From positions 8,904,210 through 8,968,209 of the forward strand of contig MU062839.1 in NCBI GenBank assembly GCA_013265495.1: DNA of 64,000 nt, in the 5' to 3' direction. Below are positions 62,350-64,000 of the stretch, piece by piece. This DNA comes from Vicugna vicugna (taxonomy: Eukaryota). Below the pieces are notes generated by a model. That model had not been told where the DNA came from and did not search any database. It saw only the letters and a program-made list of their open reading frames with translations. Position 1 is the stretch's first letter. Each line of letters starts with the position of its first letter. The position numbers were made by a program, and so were the translations under genes.

Positions 62350-62525
62350 TTGCTTCTAAGCAATAAAAAAGCTGACTCTGAAGAGTTCTGATCCAGGCTG
62401 TCTCTAATTGGCTGTGTGACTACAGACAGGTAATGTAATCCATCAGGACCTTAGGTCCTTTGTCTATAAAGCATATGGCCTGGCCTAGATTTCTAACAGC
62501 CCTTTCAGCTTTAAAAGTCTATAAT
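62350..62525 (+). mobile_element. MIR/MIR3-type fragment
   Basis: gagttctgatccaggctgtctctaattggctgtgtgac...ctttcagctttaaaagtctat. Confidence 0.55.
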
Positions 62526-62959
62526 CCTAAATGAAATTCATAAGATACTTATATGAGAGAGTCTCCATTACAGGTGCCCACTCCAGCTACTCCAGAGTGA
62601 CATTCACTGCATGACTATCCCCTAACCTGTTTCTCCAACTCTTGTTCTTGAGTCCTAAGCTTCTGTAAAACTGGAAGTTCCTTCTCCCCTCAATGACTGT
62701 GCCTTCTTCTTCCTACTTTCCTACTTACTGCTCCCCATTGGCCCACTCCCAGCTTCTTGAAAATGATTCTGTCTTGGCAAATAAATTCCAAGACTAAGTC
62801 CTCTCAAAGTTTTGGGTTTCTTTTTTCATTTTTGTGTTTTGGTGTTTTTTGTTGTTGTGATTGTGGTTGCTGTTTTATTTTGTTTTGTTTTTTTAATAAG
62901 CTTCTTACCTGGGAGAGATTTTCAGCTTCTAGGAGTTTCCATAGAATTTTTTTGTTCAT

Positions 62960-63170
62960 AAATTTTCATTGTGCCTAACATACTCTACACTGGCATATAT
63001 GGTAGTTGTGAACAAAGCTCATCTCTACTTCTAAATGCTAAGATCTTAGAAGACAAGAACATTGCTAATTCACTTTAGTGGACCTCCCTTTTCCCTAAAC
63101 CCCTAGCATAATGTCCTGTTTGGAGCTTAATAACAGTCCATTGAGAAAATTAATGAAATAAATGAATGTG
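62960..63170 (+). mobile_element. L2 3' end (degenerate)
   Basis: aaatgctaagatcttagaagacaagaac...cctagcataatgtcc...aattaatgaaataaatgaatg. Confidence 0.5.
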
Positions 63171-64000
63171 TAAATCAACAAAAGAAAATGTGAGCAAATG
63201 CCTTTGAAAATAATGTATGAGAAATTGGCTAAATTTTTTAAAAGAAATCATTATGTACAAAGAGAATGCAGGGAGCAGGTTTGAAAAAAGTCAGTCAGGA
63301 AAAATAAATTCAGATTCCCAGAGGTCATTTTCCTCTACTTTCAGTGATACAAAAAGAAAAGATTGAGATCCACACTCATGGCCAGATTGAGACCAGGTGC
63401 CAGTTCTAGGGCAGCTCACAGTGGGTCAAAGCGATATTCAGTTTTGTCAGAATGTCAGCAAAACTGTGGAGCAGGTCAGGCTGAACTCTTGCTAAGTCAT
63501 TAATTCCATCTGTACTCTCTCCTTTTCATCTCCATGGGTTTAATTGTAAATTATCCCTCATTCCTCTAGGCTCTGTTTTCTTTTCTCGAGTTTGTTCCGG
63601 TGATTACAGCCCCAAACAAAAACTACAAATGCTAAATTTCCCCTTGTGAAGTTAAAAATTAAAAAAAGGCCAAGACATCAATATTCAAAATAAACAAGCA
63701 TTGCTGAAAGCCACCTGGTAATTGCTGTGGTCACTACTGGTAGGAATTTTTAAAATTTGCATCTTTAGGCAAACAGTGCAATAGATTAAAATGCCAATAA
63801 ATTAACTTACAAGAGTTTTAATTAAGAGGAGGAAAATAAAGAGTCAGATAAACACCTGGACCATTTATATGATCTGATGATCCAAAATAGATATGACTTC
63901 TTTCTGGGATTGTTTGATTTCCCTTGCAAGTTTTGGAACACATAATTGGGGACAGGGCAACCTGAGGCTGAAGTCAAAATGATGTTTTTAGTGCCTGGAT

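Noticed and set aside
1-64000. CRISPR arrays, rRNA, prokaryotic or phage systems
   Set aside because: No regularly spaced repeat-spacer arrays, rRNA-like sequence or dense coding structure; the repeat landscape is plainly mammalian

Overview
Mammalian non-coding DNA, most likely camelid (camel/alpaca/llama). The taxon call rests on a tRNA-Ala-derived SINE (5638-5753) and an L1 3' terminus (33877-33939) that resemble camelid repeats as I recall them; no database search was run. I find no protein-coding gene: none of the supplied ORFs resembles a known protein, and many overlap repeats, microsatellites or the N-gap (39419-39614). The window looks intergenic or deep-intronic and is dense in ancient eutherian repeats (MIR, L2, L1M, MLT1/MLT2, LTR16-like, MER3/5/20/53/58). 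Repeat family names come from remembered consensus sequences and most boundaries are approximate. The items most worth a second look are: (1) an intact-looking, CpG-rich 530-bp solo LTR on the minus strand (25190-25719) with YY1/Sp1/TATA/polyA motifs, a stem-loop at the predicted start site and no target-site duplication; (2) an unexplained 113-bp dispersed duplication (42014-42126 and 43567-43679, 3 mismatches); (3) a non-repeat CpG-enriched element at about 3.4-4.3 kb beside a divergent pair of CTCF-like motifs; (4) two lineage-specific retro-insertions with exact TSDs. I see no firm evidence of a wholly new biological system; the hypotheses below are graded accordingly.
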